Below, piece by piece: positions 1 to 9,355 of a stretch of 64,000 bases of DNA. Position 1 is the first letter of the stretch. Each line of letters starts with the position of its first letter. A program made the translations under genes and the position numbers. Below the pieces are notes generated by a model that was given only the letters and a program-made list of their open reading frames with translations, searched no databases and was not told the DNA's origin. The stretch comes from an uncultured Phycisphaera sp. (GTDB lineage: Bacteria > Planctomycetota > Phycisphaerae > Phycisphaerales > Phycisphaeraceae), in contig CAZBXW010000009.1 in assembly GCA_964496285.1 (NCBI GenBank), positions 7,366-71,365 on the forward strand, read 5' to 3'.

Positions 1-34
1 CGCGCCGCGGGGCTGACCGATAATCCCTGCAATC

Positions 35-553
35 GTGGTTGACGCTGCGCCGAGATTGACGTTCATGGACCACCTGGCGGGTTGGTTGCTGCTGCTGGGC
101 GGGCTGGCGATGCTGGCGATGGCGAGCCTGACGCCGCTCTGGCTCGAGCACCGCGACCTGTCCTGGCAGCAGTCGGTGATGCGTGAGCAGACGGATCGGC
201 TGCTGGAGCAGAAGCAGCGTTATGTGGACTTCCACGATGCGCTCAAGCGTGGCGAACCGGTGCTGCTGACGCGGCTGGCGTACCAGCAGTTCCGGCTCAA
301 GCCCGCCGGGGCGCAGATGCTCATCGATCGTCCGTTGGCGGCCAACCGTTTGGGCCTGGCCAGCGACGTCGCCTCGGTCGAGGCCTGGCTTCACGTCCCC
401 ACGCTGCAGGTCGGTTCCGACGTGCTGCCTCCGCCGCCGGTGCAGTCGCACCTGGTGCGACTGACCACGGGCCTGGGCCGGGTCGTCATGCTCGCGGTGG
501 GCATCGGGTGCGTGGCCATGGGCGTGATGCTCAACACGAGCAGAGGCGCCTAG
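35..553 (+). CDS. hypothetical membrane protein
   Basis: 172-aa ORF with a GTG start. Hydrophobic helices near both ends (LAGWLLLLGGLAMLAMASL; VVMLAVGIGCVAMGVML). No family recognised. Confidence 0.4.
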   Translation: MVDAAPRLTFMDHLAGWLLLLGGLAMLAMASLTPLWLEHRDLSWQQSVMREQTDRLLEQKQRYVDFHDALKRGEPVLLTRLAYQQFRLKPAGAQMLIDRPLAANRLGLASDVASVEAWLHVPTLQVGSDVLPPPPVQSHLVRLTTGLGRVVMLAVGIGCVAMGVMLNTSRGA

Positions 554-574
554 GTCCCTCGGTCCCTTCTTCGC

Positions 575-1054
575 TCACTGCTCCAGTTCGCCGCCTTCCT
601 GCACCCAATTCTCCACGCCGCCGCGGAACTCTCGGACGTTCTGATAGCCCAGCGCCATGAGCTTCTTGGCGCCAGCGGGCGAGAGGAAATCGGTCCAGCC
701 GCTGGCGTAGACCACCAGCGTGGTGGCCTGTCCGAGACGGGCGTCGTTGGCGCGCAACTCGGGCAGCGGGATGTTCACCGCCCCTGGCAGTCGGCCCTGG
801 GCAAACTTCGCTGGCGGTCGCACGTCCACCAGGATCAGTGTCGCCTGAGTCTTCTTGCCCGCGAAGAGGTCTTTGAAGAGGTTCTTGTCCGCGCCCCGGG
901 CGGGGTTGGCCATCAACTCCAGCAACTGCGGATACTGGATCACCGCGATGTCCACGTCACTGGTCTTGGGGGCGGCGTTACAGCCCAGCAGCAGCGCAGC
1001 GAGCGTGGCCGTCGAGACCCAGCGGATTGCGGACATGGCTGTTCCTGTAAGCAA
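575..1054 (-). CDS. rhodanese-homology-domain lipoprotein (catalytic Cys apparently absent)
   Basis: Signal peptide plus lipobox (ALLLGC). Rhodanese-like motifs LILVDVRPPAKFAQGRLPGAVNIP and FRGGVENW. The active-site loop position reads VVYASGWT, with no Cys. Confidence 0.75.
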   Translation of the reverse strand: MLTGTAMSAIRWVSTATLAALLLGCNAAPKTSDVDIAVIQYPQLLELMANPARGADKNLFKDLFAGKKTQATLILVDVRPPAKFAQGRLPGAVNIPLPELRANDARLGQATTLVVYASGWTDFLSPAGAKKLMALGYQNVREFRGGVENWVQEGGELEQ

Positions 1055-1256
1055 AGGTTTTTGATGCGAAGGTTAAGCGTCCGTCCGACGCGGACGATCA
1101 GAATAGCCAGAGGGGAACGTTTCGTCGAAGTGCCACGGGGCGGAGAGCGGAGAAAGCTTGCGGAACCGGGCCTGCTTCCTGTGGCAGGCCCGGTTCGTTA
1201 TTTCCGGGGACCTGGAAATGCGCATGTGGTACTCTGATCCGCCTGGGAGTTCCACC

Positions 1257-2231
1257 ATGCGCATCCTCCTGACCACCACCAGTTACCAGGACACGCCCGG
1301 GCCTCATCACGACCTGCTCGCCGCGTCGGGCTTCGAGGTCGTCCGCGCCCGCGGGCCTCTGAACGAGCAGCAGATGCTTGACCTGATCGCCTCCGCCAAC
1401 GGGTTCGACGGGTTCCTCAACGGCGACGACCACATCACCGCCAGGGTGATCGACGCGGCGTTGTCCGCCCCCACGCCGCTGAGGGTCATCGCCAAGTACG
1501 GCATCGGTCTGGACTCCATCGCGGTGCAGCACGCCACGGAGAAGCACGTCCCGGTGCTCTTCACTCCCGGGGTCAACCACACCACCGTGGCGGAGCACGC
1601 CTTTGGCTTGATGATCGCGCTGGTCAAGCACTTCTGGGTCCACCTCGCCGCGGTCAAGGCGGGTCAGTGGAAGCGAATCACCGGGAACGAGCTTTACGGA
1701 AAGACGCTGGGCGTGATCGGCATGGGACGCATCGGCAAAGAGGTGATCAAGCGCGGCTGCGCCTTTGGCATGAAGCCCATGGCCCACGATCTCTTCTGGG
1801 ACGACGCCTTCGCCAGCGAGTTCATGGTCGCCCGCGCCGCCTCCGCGGAGGACGTGCTGCGTCAGGCCGACGTCGTGAGTCTGCACATGAACCTCACGCC
1901 CGAGAACCGCGGGTTCGTCAACGCGCAGCGGCTGGCGATGATGAAGAAGACCGCCATCCTCATCAACACCGCGCGCGGCGGCCTGGTGGTCGAGGCGGAC
2001 ATCGCTGATGCGTGCAGGAACGGACGGCTGGCGGGCTACGGCACCGACGTGATCGACGAGGAGCCGATCAAGCCCCCGCACCCCTTCCAGAGCATCGACA
2101 ATATCCTCGTCACGCCCCACGTGGGCAGCAGAACCTTCGAGAGCGTCGAACGCCAGGCGGTCCGCGCCACGCAGAACCTGGTGAACTTCCTCTCGGGCAA
2201 GAAGGATTTCATTCAAGCCAACCAATGGTGA
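1257..2231 (+). CDS. D-isomer-specific 2-hydroxyacid dehydrogenase (phosphoglycerate dehydrogenase-like)
   Basis: NAD-binding motif [12 protein letters not shown], plus NTARGGLV and TPHVGS motifs. Start moved from ORF-track 1158 to ATG 1257 (MRILLTTT). Confidence 0.85.
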   Translation: MRILLTTTSYQDTPGPHHDLLAASGFEVVRARGPLNEQQMLDLIASANGFDGFLNGDDHITARVIDAALSAPTPLRVIAKYGIGLDSIAVQHATEKHVPVLFTPGVNHTTVAEHAFGLMIALVKHFWVHLAAVKAGQWKRITGNELYGKTLGVIGMGRIGKEVIKRGCAFGMKPMAHDLFWDDAFASEFMVARAASAEDVLRQADVVSLHMNLTPENRGFVNAQRLAMMKKTAILINTARGGLVVEADIADACRNGRLAGYGTDVIDEEPIKPPHPFQSIDNILVTPHVGSRTFESVERQAVRATQNLVNFLSGKKDFIQANQW

Positions 2232-2248
2232 ATCACTCAGGTGCAACG

Positions 2249-3754
2249 ATGGATCAACCCTCCGCGGACATCGGACTGATCGGCCTGGCGGTCATGGGCC
2301 AGAACCTGGCGCTCAACATCGCGGACCACGGCTACAAGGTCGCGGTGTTCAACCGCACCGTCCAGACGATGCGGCAGTTCGTCGCCGAGAACCCGCACAC
2401 GCCCGGCGGACTCGTGGGCTGCGAATCGCTCACCGACTTCATCACGGCTCTGAAGCAACCCCGCAAGATCATCGTGCTCGTCAAGGCGGGCCCCGCGGTG
2501 GACGGCATCGTCGAGCAACTGCTCGCGGCGGGTCTGCAACGCGACGACATCGTCGTGGACTGCGGCAACTCGCTGTGGACCGACACGATTCGACGCGAAA
2601 AACAGTACGCCGAACGTCTGAAGTTCTTCGGCTCCGGGGTCAGCGGCGGCGAAGTCGGGGCACGCTTTGGCCCTTCGCTCATGCCCGGGGGCGATCCCGA
2701 TTCCTGGAGACACCTCCAACCCATCTGGATGGCCATCGCTGCCAAGGTCGATGACAAGACCGGCGAGCCCTACGAGGACTACGCCCCCGGAAAGCCCATC
2801 GACCAGGGCGTCCCCTGCGCCGCGTACATCGGCCCCAACGGCGCGGGACACTACGTCAAGATGGTCCACAACGGCATCGAGTACATCGACATGCAGCTCA
2901 TCTGCGAGGCCTACTTCCTCATGAAACATCTGCTGGGCATGCCCGCCCACCAGATCGGGCAGGTCTTTGACATGTGGAACCAGGGACCGCTGGCGAGCTT
3001 CCTGATCCAGATCACCGCTGACATCCTGCAACAGCCCGACCCGAAACACCCCCGGAAGTTTCTCGTGGACTACGTGCTCGACACCGCGGGGCAGAAGGGC
3101 ACGGGCAAGTGGACATCCGTCAACGCCCTGGACATGGGCATCCCCGCCAACGCGATGGCCGAGGCGGTCTTTGCGCGCTGCTTGTCCGCGCTCAAGGAGG
3201 AGCGTGTGGCCGCCTCGAAAAAGCTCCGGGGGCCAAAGCCCCGCTTCAAGGGCAAGAAGAAAAAACTTATCGACGCCATCCGCGACGCGCTCTACTGCTC
3301 GAAAATCTGCGCCTACGCCCAGGGCTTCCAGCTCATGACCCAGGCGCAGAGCGAGTACCACTGGAAGCTCGATTTCGGGACCATCGCCAAGATCTGGCGC
3401 GGCGGGTGCATCATCCGCGCCCGCTTCCTTCAGAAGATCACCGACGCCTACACCTCCAACCCGCAATTGAAGAACCTGATGCTCGACAACTATTTCCGCA
3501 GGGCCATCGACAAGGGCCAGGACCCGTGGCGCAAGGTCGTGGCGCTGGCGGCGGAGAACGGCATCGCCGCCCCGGCGTTCATGAGCGCCCTGTCGTACTA
3601 CGACGGCTACCGTGCCAAGGTGCTGCCGGCGAATCTGCTCCAGGCGCAGCGCGATTACTTCGGCGCTCACACCTTCGAACGCACCGACACCCCGCGCGGA
3701 CAGTTCTTCCACCTCGATTGGCCCGCCCCTGGCCGCCCCATGACCCAGGTCTAG
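2249..3754 (+). CDS. gnd: 6-phosphogluconate dehydrogenase (decarboxylating)
   Basis: N-terminal Rossmann motif [16 protein letters not shown] and [15 protein letters not shown], with a full-length Gnd-like sequence. The upstream part of ORF 2012..3754 is out of character. Start taken as ATG 2249 (alternative 2225). Confidence 0.95.
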   Translation: MDQPSADIGLIGLAVMGQNLALNIADHGYKVAVFNRTVQTMRQFVAENPHTPGGLVGCESLTDFITALKQPRKIIVLVKAGPAVDGIVEQLLAAGLQRDDIVVDCGNSLWTDTIRREKQYAERLKFFGSGVSGGEVGARFGPSLMPGGDPDSWRHLQPIWMAIAAKVDDKTGEPYEDYAPGKPIDQGVPCAAYIGPNGAGHYVKMVHNGIEYIDMQLICEAYFLMKHLLGMPAHQIGQVFDMWNQGPLASFLIQITADILQQPDPKHPRKFLVDYVLDTAGQKGTGKWTSVNALDMGIPANAMAEAVFARCLSALKEERVAASKKLRGPKPRFKGKKKKLIDAIRDALYCSKICAYAQGFQLMTQAQSEYHWKLDFGTIAKIWRGGCIIRARFLQKITDAYTSNPQLKNLMLDNYFRRAIDKGQDPWRKVVALAAENGIAAPAFMSALSYYDGYRAKVLPANLLQAQRDYFGAHTFERTDTPRGQFFHLDWPAPGRPMTQV

Positions 3755-4599
3755 CCCGCTCGCCAAGGGCTTGTTTTCGTGGCGTTCTGCAACGCACGGA
3801 CTTCCGGGGGCGTGAGCGGGCGGGCGGCGCCGCTGGGCAGGCCTTTGAGGTGCAGCGGGCCGATCGCCGTGCGCTCCAGGCGCTTGACCTTGTGGCCGAG
3901 CTTCTCGATCAGGCGGCGAATCTCGCGGTTCTGACCCTCGCGCAGCGTCACCAGCAGGATGGTCCGGTCGCCACGGTCGCGGTCGTGTTGCACCGCGATG
4001 CGGCGCACGTCCTCCATCGCGGCGCGCTTCGTGCCCACCGCGGTGTCGCCCTGGCGCTGCGTCAGATGCAGGCCACGCTTGAGGCGGTCCACCTCCTCGT
4101 CGGTGAGCGAGCCGCGCACCGCCACGCGGTACTGCTTGGTGACCCCGAAGCGCGGGTGGGTGAGCCGATTCGCCAGTTCGCCGTCGTTGGTGAGCAGGAT
4201 CAGCCCGGTGGACTCGGCGTCGAGTCGCCCCACGGGATAAAGACGCTGCCCACGCGAAAGCTCCGGGGGTACGAGGTCGATCACGCCGGTGCGTCCCAGG
4301 TCGTCATGGGTGGTGGAGATGATGCGTTTGGGCTTGTGCAGCGCGATGTAGAGGAGGCGCGAGGCCGCGGCGCGCCGCGTTCTGGGTTGACGCACGACCT
4401 GCCCGTCCACCTCGACGCGGTCCTGGAGCGGGTCGCAGAAAGCTGGCAGGGTGCTCACCACACGTCCGTTGACCTTGACCCGACCTTCGAGGATCAGTTC
4501 TTCGCACTTTCGGCGCGAGGCCACCCCCGCGTCGGCGAGAACCTTGTGGAGTCGAACCGCGCCCGGCGAGGGCTTGCAATTCTTGGAGCTAGAAGGCAT
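3751..4599 (-). CDS. pseudouridine synthase, RsuA/RluB family
   Basis: S4 domain ([30 protein letters not shown]) followed by the catalytic core [17 protein letters not shown]. Start trimmed to ATG 4599 (MPSSSKN). Confidence 0.9.
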   Translation of the reverse strand: MPSSSKNCKPSPGAVRLHKVLADAGVASRRKCEELILEGRVKVNGRVVSTLPAFCDPLQDRVEVDGQVVRQPRTRRAAASRLLYIALHKPKRIISTTHDDLGRTGVIDLVPPELSRGQRLYPVGRLDAESTGLILLTNDGELANRLTHPRFGVTKQYRVAVRGSLTDEEVDRLKRGLHLTQRQGDTAVGTKRAAMEDVRRIAVQHDRDRGDRTILLVTLREGQNREIRRLIEKLGHKVKRLERTAIGPLHLKGLPSGAARPLTPPEVRALQNATKTSPWRAG

Positions 4600-4653
4600 T
4601 GCGACCAAGCCTAGCAGATGACGCCCGATTTTGTGAGAAACGCCGGTTCGGTG

Positions 4654-4682
4654 TTGACGCGAGACAAAACGGACAGTATTAT
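4654..4682 (+). promoter_or_regulatory. sigma-70-type promoter (TTGACG-N17-TATTAT)
   Basis: -35 TTGACG at 4654-4659 and -10 TATTAT at 4677-4682, with a 17-nt spacer. Lies in an otherwise GC-rich intergenic region. Confidence 0.6.
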
Positions 4683-4688
4683 CTCTTG

Positions 4689-4894
4689 TTGTCAGGGAAT
4701 GGTTGAGCCGACACGCGACTTCAACGCAGCCAACCATCTCCGCAGCACGCGTCGCCCAGGGCCCAAGAGGTGAGCGGCCCAAAGCGACGCGGAACACACA
4801 CCCAAGCGCGTTGTCGCCCTCGCGTGTCGGCCCCAACTCTGAAGTGGGTTTCGGCCCCGCGGCATGCTCGCACGTCCCGCGGGGCTTTTTTTTT
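4689..4894 (+). ncRNA. candidate structured small RNA with rod-like, 6S-like architecture
   Basis: Starts just downstream of the consensus promoter. Nested long-range helices: 4707-4718/4820-4831 (12 bp perfect), 4722-4727/4808-4813, 4748-4755/4784-4791, 4759-4763/4776-4780. Large internal loop 4728-4747 / 4792-4807. Ends in an intrinsic terminator. The overlapping ORFs 4703..4975 and 4721..4951 have no coding character. Confidence 0.5.
4854..4894 (+). terminator. rho-independent terminator
   Basis: GC stem GCCCCGCGG (4854-4862) / CCGCGGGGC (4877-4885) followed by a run of nine T (4886-4894). Confidence 0.8.
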
Positions 4895-4903
4895 ACACCG
4901 CGG

Positions 4904-4971
4904 CCGCCGATGAACGCCGATGGACGCCGATATGACGAAGGCATGATTCATCGATCGGCGTCCATCGGCGG
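4904..4971. repeat. tandem-word palindromic element, C-type (CCGCCGATGRACGCCGAT words)
   Basis: The left arm ccgccgatgaacgccgatggacgccgat is the reverse complement of the right arm atcggcgtccatcggcgg. Same word set as the elements at 43208 and 46523. Confidence 0.8.
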
Positions 4972-5017
4972 TTGACCGGGCCTGAGCTTCCGTCGGTCGC
5001 AGTCAAGCGGGTATCCT

Positions 5018-6064
5018 GTGGCAACCGTTCAAACCTCCACGGGAGCACCGCTCATGGCTGTATCCGACGCGCAACAGGCCCTCGACCAGGCTCGCAAGTT
5101 CACGGAGGACTTCGCCAAGGTCCGCTCGCAAATCCAGAAGGTCATCGTCGGTCACCAGGAGATCGTCGAGGGCGTGCTGACCTGTCTCTTCGTGGGCGGT
5201 CACGCCCTGCTCGAAGGCGTCCCCGGGCTGGGCAAGACGCTGCTGATCCGTTCGCTCAGTCAGGCGCTGTCGCTGCAATTCAGCAGAATCCAATTCACCC
5301 CCGACCTGATGCCCGCGGACATCACGGGCACGACGATCGTTCTTGAAGAGCCCAATTCCGGCCGCCGCGAGTTCAAGTTCCAGCGCGGCCCGATCTTCGC
5401 CCAGATCGTGCTGGCGGACGAGATCAACCGCGCCACGCCCAAGACTCAGTCCGCCATGCTCGAAGCGATGCAGGAGCGCAGCGTCACCGTCGGCGGCGTC
5501 ACGCACCCGATGGACAAGCCCTTCTTCGTCATGGCCACTCAGAACCCCATCGAGCAGGAGGGAACCTACCCGCTGCCCGAGGCGCAGTTGGACCGTTTCT
5601 TCTTCAAGCTGCTCGTGGGCTACTCCAGCCGCGCCGAGCTGGGCGAGATTCTCAACCGCACCACCATGGCGAGCGAACCGAGCATCGAACCCGTGCTCGA
5701 CGCCCCCGGAATCCTGGCGCACCAGCAGTTGGTGCGTCGCGTCATCATCGCCCCGCACGTGCAGGACTACGCGGTGCGCTGCGTCCTGGCCACGAACCCC
5801 CAGGGCGAGTTCGCCTCCAGGTTGGCCAGGCAGTTCCTGCGTTTCGGCGCTTCGCCCCGCGCCGCCCAATCACTGGTGCTGGGCGGGAAAGTCCGGGCTC
5901 TGCTCGACGGTCGTGCCCACGTCAGCGTCGAGGACATCAAGTCGGTGCTGCTCCCGGCCATGCGCCACCGCGTGCTGCTGAACTTCGAGGGCCAGGCCGA
6001 GGCCATGACCACCGACATGATCCTCAACGACATCGCGGATTCGCTGCCGGTGGAGGCGAGCTAA
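5018..6064 (+). CDS. MoxR-family AAA+ ATPase
   Basis: Walker A GVPGLGKT, Walker B LLADEINRA, and MoxR-typical ATQNPIEQEGTYPLPEAQLDRF. Confidence 0.95.
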   Translation: MATVQTSTGAPLMAVSDAQQALDQARKFTEDFAKVRSQIQKVIVGHQEIVEGVLTCLFVGGHALLEGVPGLGKTLLIRSLSQALSLQFSRIQFTPDLMPADITGTTIVLEEPNSGRREFKFQRGPIFAQIVLADEINRATPKTQSAMLEAMQERSVTVGGVTHPMDKPFFVMATQNPIEQEGTYPLPEAQLDRFFFKLLVGYSSRAELGEILNRTTMASEPSIEPVLDAPGILAHQQLVRRVIIAPHVQDYAVRCVLATNPQGEFASRLARQFLRFGASPRAAQSLVLGGKVRALLDGRAHVSVEDIKSVLLPAMRHRVLLNFEGQAEAMTTDMILNDIADSLPVEAS

Positions 6065-6185
6065 GAATGTCGGATGTCGAGTGTCGAATGTCGGATGTTG
6101 AATCCCGGGCATGGATAGACCCTCGACCCAGCACGGATCGGACACCATGACTTCACCTCCGACCTCCGACATTCGACATCCGGCT
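6065..6185. repeat. tandem-word palindromic element, D-type (7-nt TGTCGRR words)
   Basis: Left arm gaatgtcggatgtcgagtgtcgaatgtcggatg. Right arm cctccgacctccgacattcgacatccggc is its approximate reverse complement. Confidence 0.75.
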
Positions 6186-7076
6186 TTTCTCCTGCCCCCC
6201 TCGCTCATGCGCAAGCTCGATGCGCTGGACGTGCTCTCGCGGAAGATCCTCCAGGGCAAGCTCCAGGGCGAAAGGCGCAGCAAGAAGCGTGGACAGTCGG
6301 TCGAGTTCGCGGACTATCGCTCCTACGTCGTGGGCGACGATCTGCGCCGCATCGACTGGAACCTCTACGCCCGGCTCGACAAGCTTTTCCTTCGCCTGTT
6401 CATGGAGGAAGAGGACCTGGCGGCGTCGCTGCTGCTGGACGTGTCGCGCTCGATGGACTACGGCGAGCCCCGGAAGTCGGACTACGCCAGGCAACTGGTG
6501 GCGGCGCTGGGCTACATCGCGCTGGTCAACTACAACCGGGTGAGCGTCTATTCGTTCAGCGACACGCTGCAAGGGAGATTGCCGAACCTGCGTGGGCGCA
6601 GGCCGCTGCCGCAGATGTTGCGGTTCATCGCGGAACAGACCCCGCCGCGGGAGGCGGCCCCCGGGAATCTGACGCAGACCTTACGCACCTTTGCCCTCAC
6701 GCAGCGCGGCAAAGGCGTGGTCATTCTCGTGAGCGACTTCCTCGACAAGGGCGATCTCGCCGAATCACTGAAGTATCTCGCGGGGGACCGCTTTGACGCC
6801 TACGTCGTGCAGGTGCTCGCGCCGCAGGAGGTCGACCCCGCATCCGGGGGCGTGGTGGGCGATCTGCGGCTGCGCGACCTGGAGGACGCCGACGTGGCGG
6901 AGGTGTCGGCGGGCCCGGCGTTGCTCAAGCGCTACCAGGCGAACCTGCAAGCCTGGTGCAATCATCTCAAGGAGCAGTGTCGGCGGCGCGGCGTGGCGTC
7001 CATGATCGCTCAGACCAACGTCCCGGTGGACACCGTGATCCTGCGCTATTTCCGCGAGCGTGGCCTGCTCGGTTAG
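6111..7076 (+). CDS. DUF58 (vWA-like) protein, MoxR partner
   Basis: DUF58 signature GERRSKKRGQSVEFADYRSYVVGDDLRRIDWN. The start is uncertain because the first ~25 codons lie inside the repeat; alternative ATGs at 6147 and 6207. Confidence 0.85.
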   Translation: MDRPSTQHGSDTMTSPPTSDIRHPAFLLPPSLMRKLDALDVLSRKILQGKLQGERRSKKRGQSVEFADYRSYVVGDDLRRIDWNLYARLDKLFLRLFMEEEDLAASLLLDVSRSMDYGEPRKSDYARQLVAALGYIALVNYNRVSVYSFSDTLQGRLPNLRGRRPLPQMLRFIAEQTPPREAAPGNLTQTLRTFALTQRGKGVVILVSDFLDKGDLAESLKYLAGDRFDAYVVQVLAPQEVDPASGGVVGDLRLRDLEDADVAEVSAGPALLKRYQANLQAWCNHLKEQCRRRGVASMIAQTNVPVDTVILRYFRERGLLG

Positions 7077-8191
7077 CCGCGTCGTTCCACGACGCGGTAG
7101 TCCAGCATCACGTCGTCGCCCAGGCGCTTCACCGCGCGCAGCGACAGCTCCCGCGCGTGTCGCATCGCAGCGCAGCGCAGCCCGCTCACCGCGGCGATGG
7201 CTTTGTCGTCGCCCAGGATTCGCGGTGTCACGAACGCGAGCACCTGGTTCACCAAGCCCTGTTCGAGCAGCGACCCGGTCAACGCCGCTCCGCCCTCCAC
7301 GAGGATGTTGGTCGCCCGATGGCGCTCCACCAGATGACCCAGCAGCGGAGCGAGGTCGGCGCGACGGGACTCGCCCGTGAGCGGGAAGAGCTCTACGCCG
7401 CGATCCTGCAGTCGCTTGGCTTTGAGCGAGTCCGTCTGGCGTGTGGCGACGAGCACCCCGTGCGCGGATCGCAGCAGGGCGCATCGCTCGGGCAGTCGCA
7501 GCCGCGGGTCGATCACCACGCGCAGCGCCGCTCGGCGGACGGGCACGCCACGCGCCGTGAGCAGCGGATCGTCCGCCAGCACGGTGCCGATGCCCACCAC
7601 GACCGCATCCACCCGTGCGCGGAGCTGATGCACAAGCCGGCGTGACGCTTCGTTGGAGACCCAGCGACTGTCGCCCGAGGCGGTGGCGATCCTGCCGTCG
7701 AGCGTCTGCGCCCACTTGACGATGACCCAGGGCAAGGCGGTGGCCAGACGATGGAGGTAGGCTTCGTTGAGTCGGCGCGCTTCGGGGTCGCACAGGCCAA
7801 ACTCCACGCCGATGCCCGCCGCGCGTAGCGAGGCGGCGCCTCTGCCCGCCACCTGCGGGAAGGGGTCGCGCATCGCCGCCACCAGGCGGGCCACTTTCGC
7901 GGCGATCAGCGCCTCGGTGCAGGGCGGCGTCTTGCCGTGGTGACAGCAGGGTTCGAGCGTGACGTAGGCGGTGGCGCCGCGGGGGCTGTTCCCCCGACGG
8001 GCACAGTCGCGCAGCGCGTTCACCTCGGCGTGTGGTCCGCCGAACCGCCGGTGATAGCCCTGTCCGATGACGCGCCGATCGCGCACCAGCACGCAGCCGA
8101 CCATCGGGTTGGGTTCGACCCAGCCTCGGCCACGCTGCGCCAGGCGCAGCGCCGTCCGCATGAATGGGGTGGGATCGCTGGTCCGTGCCAT
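7073..8191 (-). CDS. ribD: bifunctional riboflavin biosynthesis protein RibD (deaminase/reductase)
   Basis: CMP/dCMP deaminase zinc motif HAEVNAL...TLEPCCHHGKTPPC, followed by the reductase domain. Confidence 0.95.
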   Translation of the reverse strand: MARTSDPTPFMRTALRLAQRGRGWVEPNPMVGCVLVRDRRVIGQGYHRRFGGPHAEVNALRDCARRGNSPRGATAYVTLEPCCHHGKTPPCTEALIAAKVARLVAAMRDPFPQVAGRGAASLRAAGIGVEFGLCDPEARRLNEAYLHRLATALPWVIVKWAQTLDGRIATASGDSRWVSNEASRRLVHQLRARVDAVVVGIGTVLADDPLLTARGVPVRRAALRVVIDPRLRLPERCALLRSAHGVLVATRQTDSLKAKRLQDRGVELFPLTGESRRADLAPLLGHLVERHRATNILVEGGAALTGSLLEQGLVNQVLAFVTPRILGDDKAIAAVSGLRCAAMRHARELSLRAVKRLGDDVMLDYRVVERRG

Positions 8192-8242
8192 GCTCGTTTC
8201 GTTACAATGATACTTTTCCTCTCAACTTTAAGGAGTCGAACC

Positions 8243-9172
8243 ATGAAGAGGCTCGTGAAACTGCTTGTGGTGGTGGTGCTGCTGCTGATCGTGGCGGTGG
8301 GCGTGGCGCTCTACTTCATCGATCACCTGGCCAAGACCGGCATCGAGAAGGGCGGGACCTACGCCACCGGCGTGGACACCACCGTCTCGGGCGTGAGCAT
8401 CGGACTGCTCTCGGGCAAGTTCGGGATCGACGATCTGAACATCGCCAACCCCGCGGGCTTCAACCAGGGGCCCCACTTCCTGAACATGGGCAGTGCGCGG
8501 CTCGAACTGCCGCTGAGCGAACTGACCAAGGACACGGTGACGGTCCCGATCATCGAGCTGTCGGACCTGGACGTGGTGCTCGAAAAGAAGGGCGACACCT
8601 CCAACTACCAGACGATCCTGGACAACCTCAAGAAGCTCGAATCGCAGGGACCATCACAACCGTCCACCTCCGGGGGCAAGAGCAAGCAGTTCATGGTCAA
8701 GGAGATCGTGCTGCGCAACATCGAGGTGCATCCGTACCTGCTGCAGCTGGGCGGCGGCCCAGCGAAGCAGATCCCGGTTCCGCCGATCAAGGAGGTGCGG
8801 TTCAGCTACGACTCCGCCAAGGGGCTGGACATGGCGGAGCTGACGAACCTGATCATGAAGGTGGTGCTCAAGTCGATCGTGGACAACGCGGGGGGGATGC
8901 TCGGCGACATCGCCGGCTCGCTGGGCGACAGCCTCAAGCAGCTCGCCTCGCTCGACGAGGTGGGCAAGATGGGCCAGGCGGTGCTGGGCGAAGCAACCAA
9001 GGCACTCGAAGGCGTCACCGAGCAGGCGGGCGAAGTGGTCAAGGGCGTGACCGACACGCTCAAAGAGGGAGGCGACGTGGGCAAGACCCTCGACGACGCG
9101 GGCAAGAAGATCGGCGAAGGTTTAGGCGGCCTGTTCGGCGGCAAAAAACCCGCGGAAGAGCCCAAGCCCTGA
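8243..9172 (+). CDS. AsmA-like membrane-anchored protein
   Basis: ATG 8243 is preceded by AAGGAG. N-terminal TM helix (LLVVVVLLLIVAVGVALYF), then AsmA/DUF748-like repeats (GIDDLNIANPAGF...). The upstream part of ORF 7937..9172 is antisense to ribD. Confidence 0.6.
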   Translation: MKRLVKLLVVVVLLLIVAVGVALYFIDHLAKTGIEKGGTYATGVDTTVSGVSIGLLSGKFGIDDLNIANPAGFNQGPHFLNMGSARLELPLSELTKDTVTVPIIELSDLDVVLEKKGDTSNYQTILDNLKKLESQGPSQPSTSGGKSKQFMVKEIVLRNIEVHPYLLQLGGGPAKQIPVPPIKEVRFSYDSAKGLDMAELTNLIMKVVLKSIVDNAGGMLGDIAGSLGDSLKQLASLDEVGKMGQAVLGEATKALEGVTEQAGEVVKGVTDTLKEGGDVGKTLDDAGKKIGEGLGGLFGGKKPAEEPKP

Positions 9173-9207
9173 CGCCTTTGCGCTGCGGTCAGAAGTGAAT
9201 CAAGATA

Positions 9208-9355
9208 GAAACCGCAGATGACGCAGATGAAAACCAATGAACTCGGATGGATCGGATGAATCGAATTTAGAGATGCGCTGATTTCCTATCCGATCTATCC
9301 GATCTATCCGAGTCAAAAAGCTCTTATCTGCGCGATCTGTGTCATCTGCGGTTTC
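9208..9355. repeat. tandem-word palindromic element, B-type
   Basis: Perfect 15-bp termini gaaaccgcagatgac / gtcatctgcggtttc. Inner inverted pair actcggatggatcggat / atccgatctatccgagt. Confidence 0.85.

Noticed and set aside
1098-2246. Long ORFs antisense to, or out of frame with, recognisable genes. Examples: 1098..2246 (-), 2237..3766 (-), 3109..4614 (+), 5003..5869 (-), 6765..7793 (-), 13119..14777 (+), 15095..16363 (-), 16575..18257 (-), 19044..20342 (-), 31266..32756 (-), 33071..34252 (+), 35239..37302 (-), 35283..37292 (+), 39342..41261 (+), 48564..49739 (+), 54006..54968 (+), 57682..58740 (+).
   Set aside because: Each overlaps a gene with clear family motifs on the other strand or in another frame. 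Their translations are Arg/Ala/Gly/Pro-rich with no motifs, as expected for stop-poor alternative frames in high-GC DNA.
4689-4894. SRP (4.5S) RNA identity for the structured RNA.
   Set aside because: The apical region (GGGCC-caagaggtgagc-GGCCC) lacks the conserved domain IV features, namely the GGAA tetraloop and the flanking AGCA/GGAA loops. tmRNA and RNase P RNA are also excluded by size and the absence of their conserved motifs.
8192-8242. FMN riboswitch upstream of ribD, and a TPP riboswitch upstream of the NMT1/THI5-like ABC operon (51084-51170).
   Set aside because: The spacers are only about 50 and about 87 nt and lack the conserved riboswitch core sequences.
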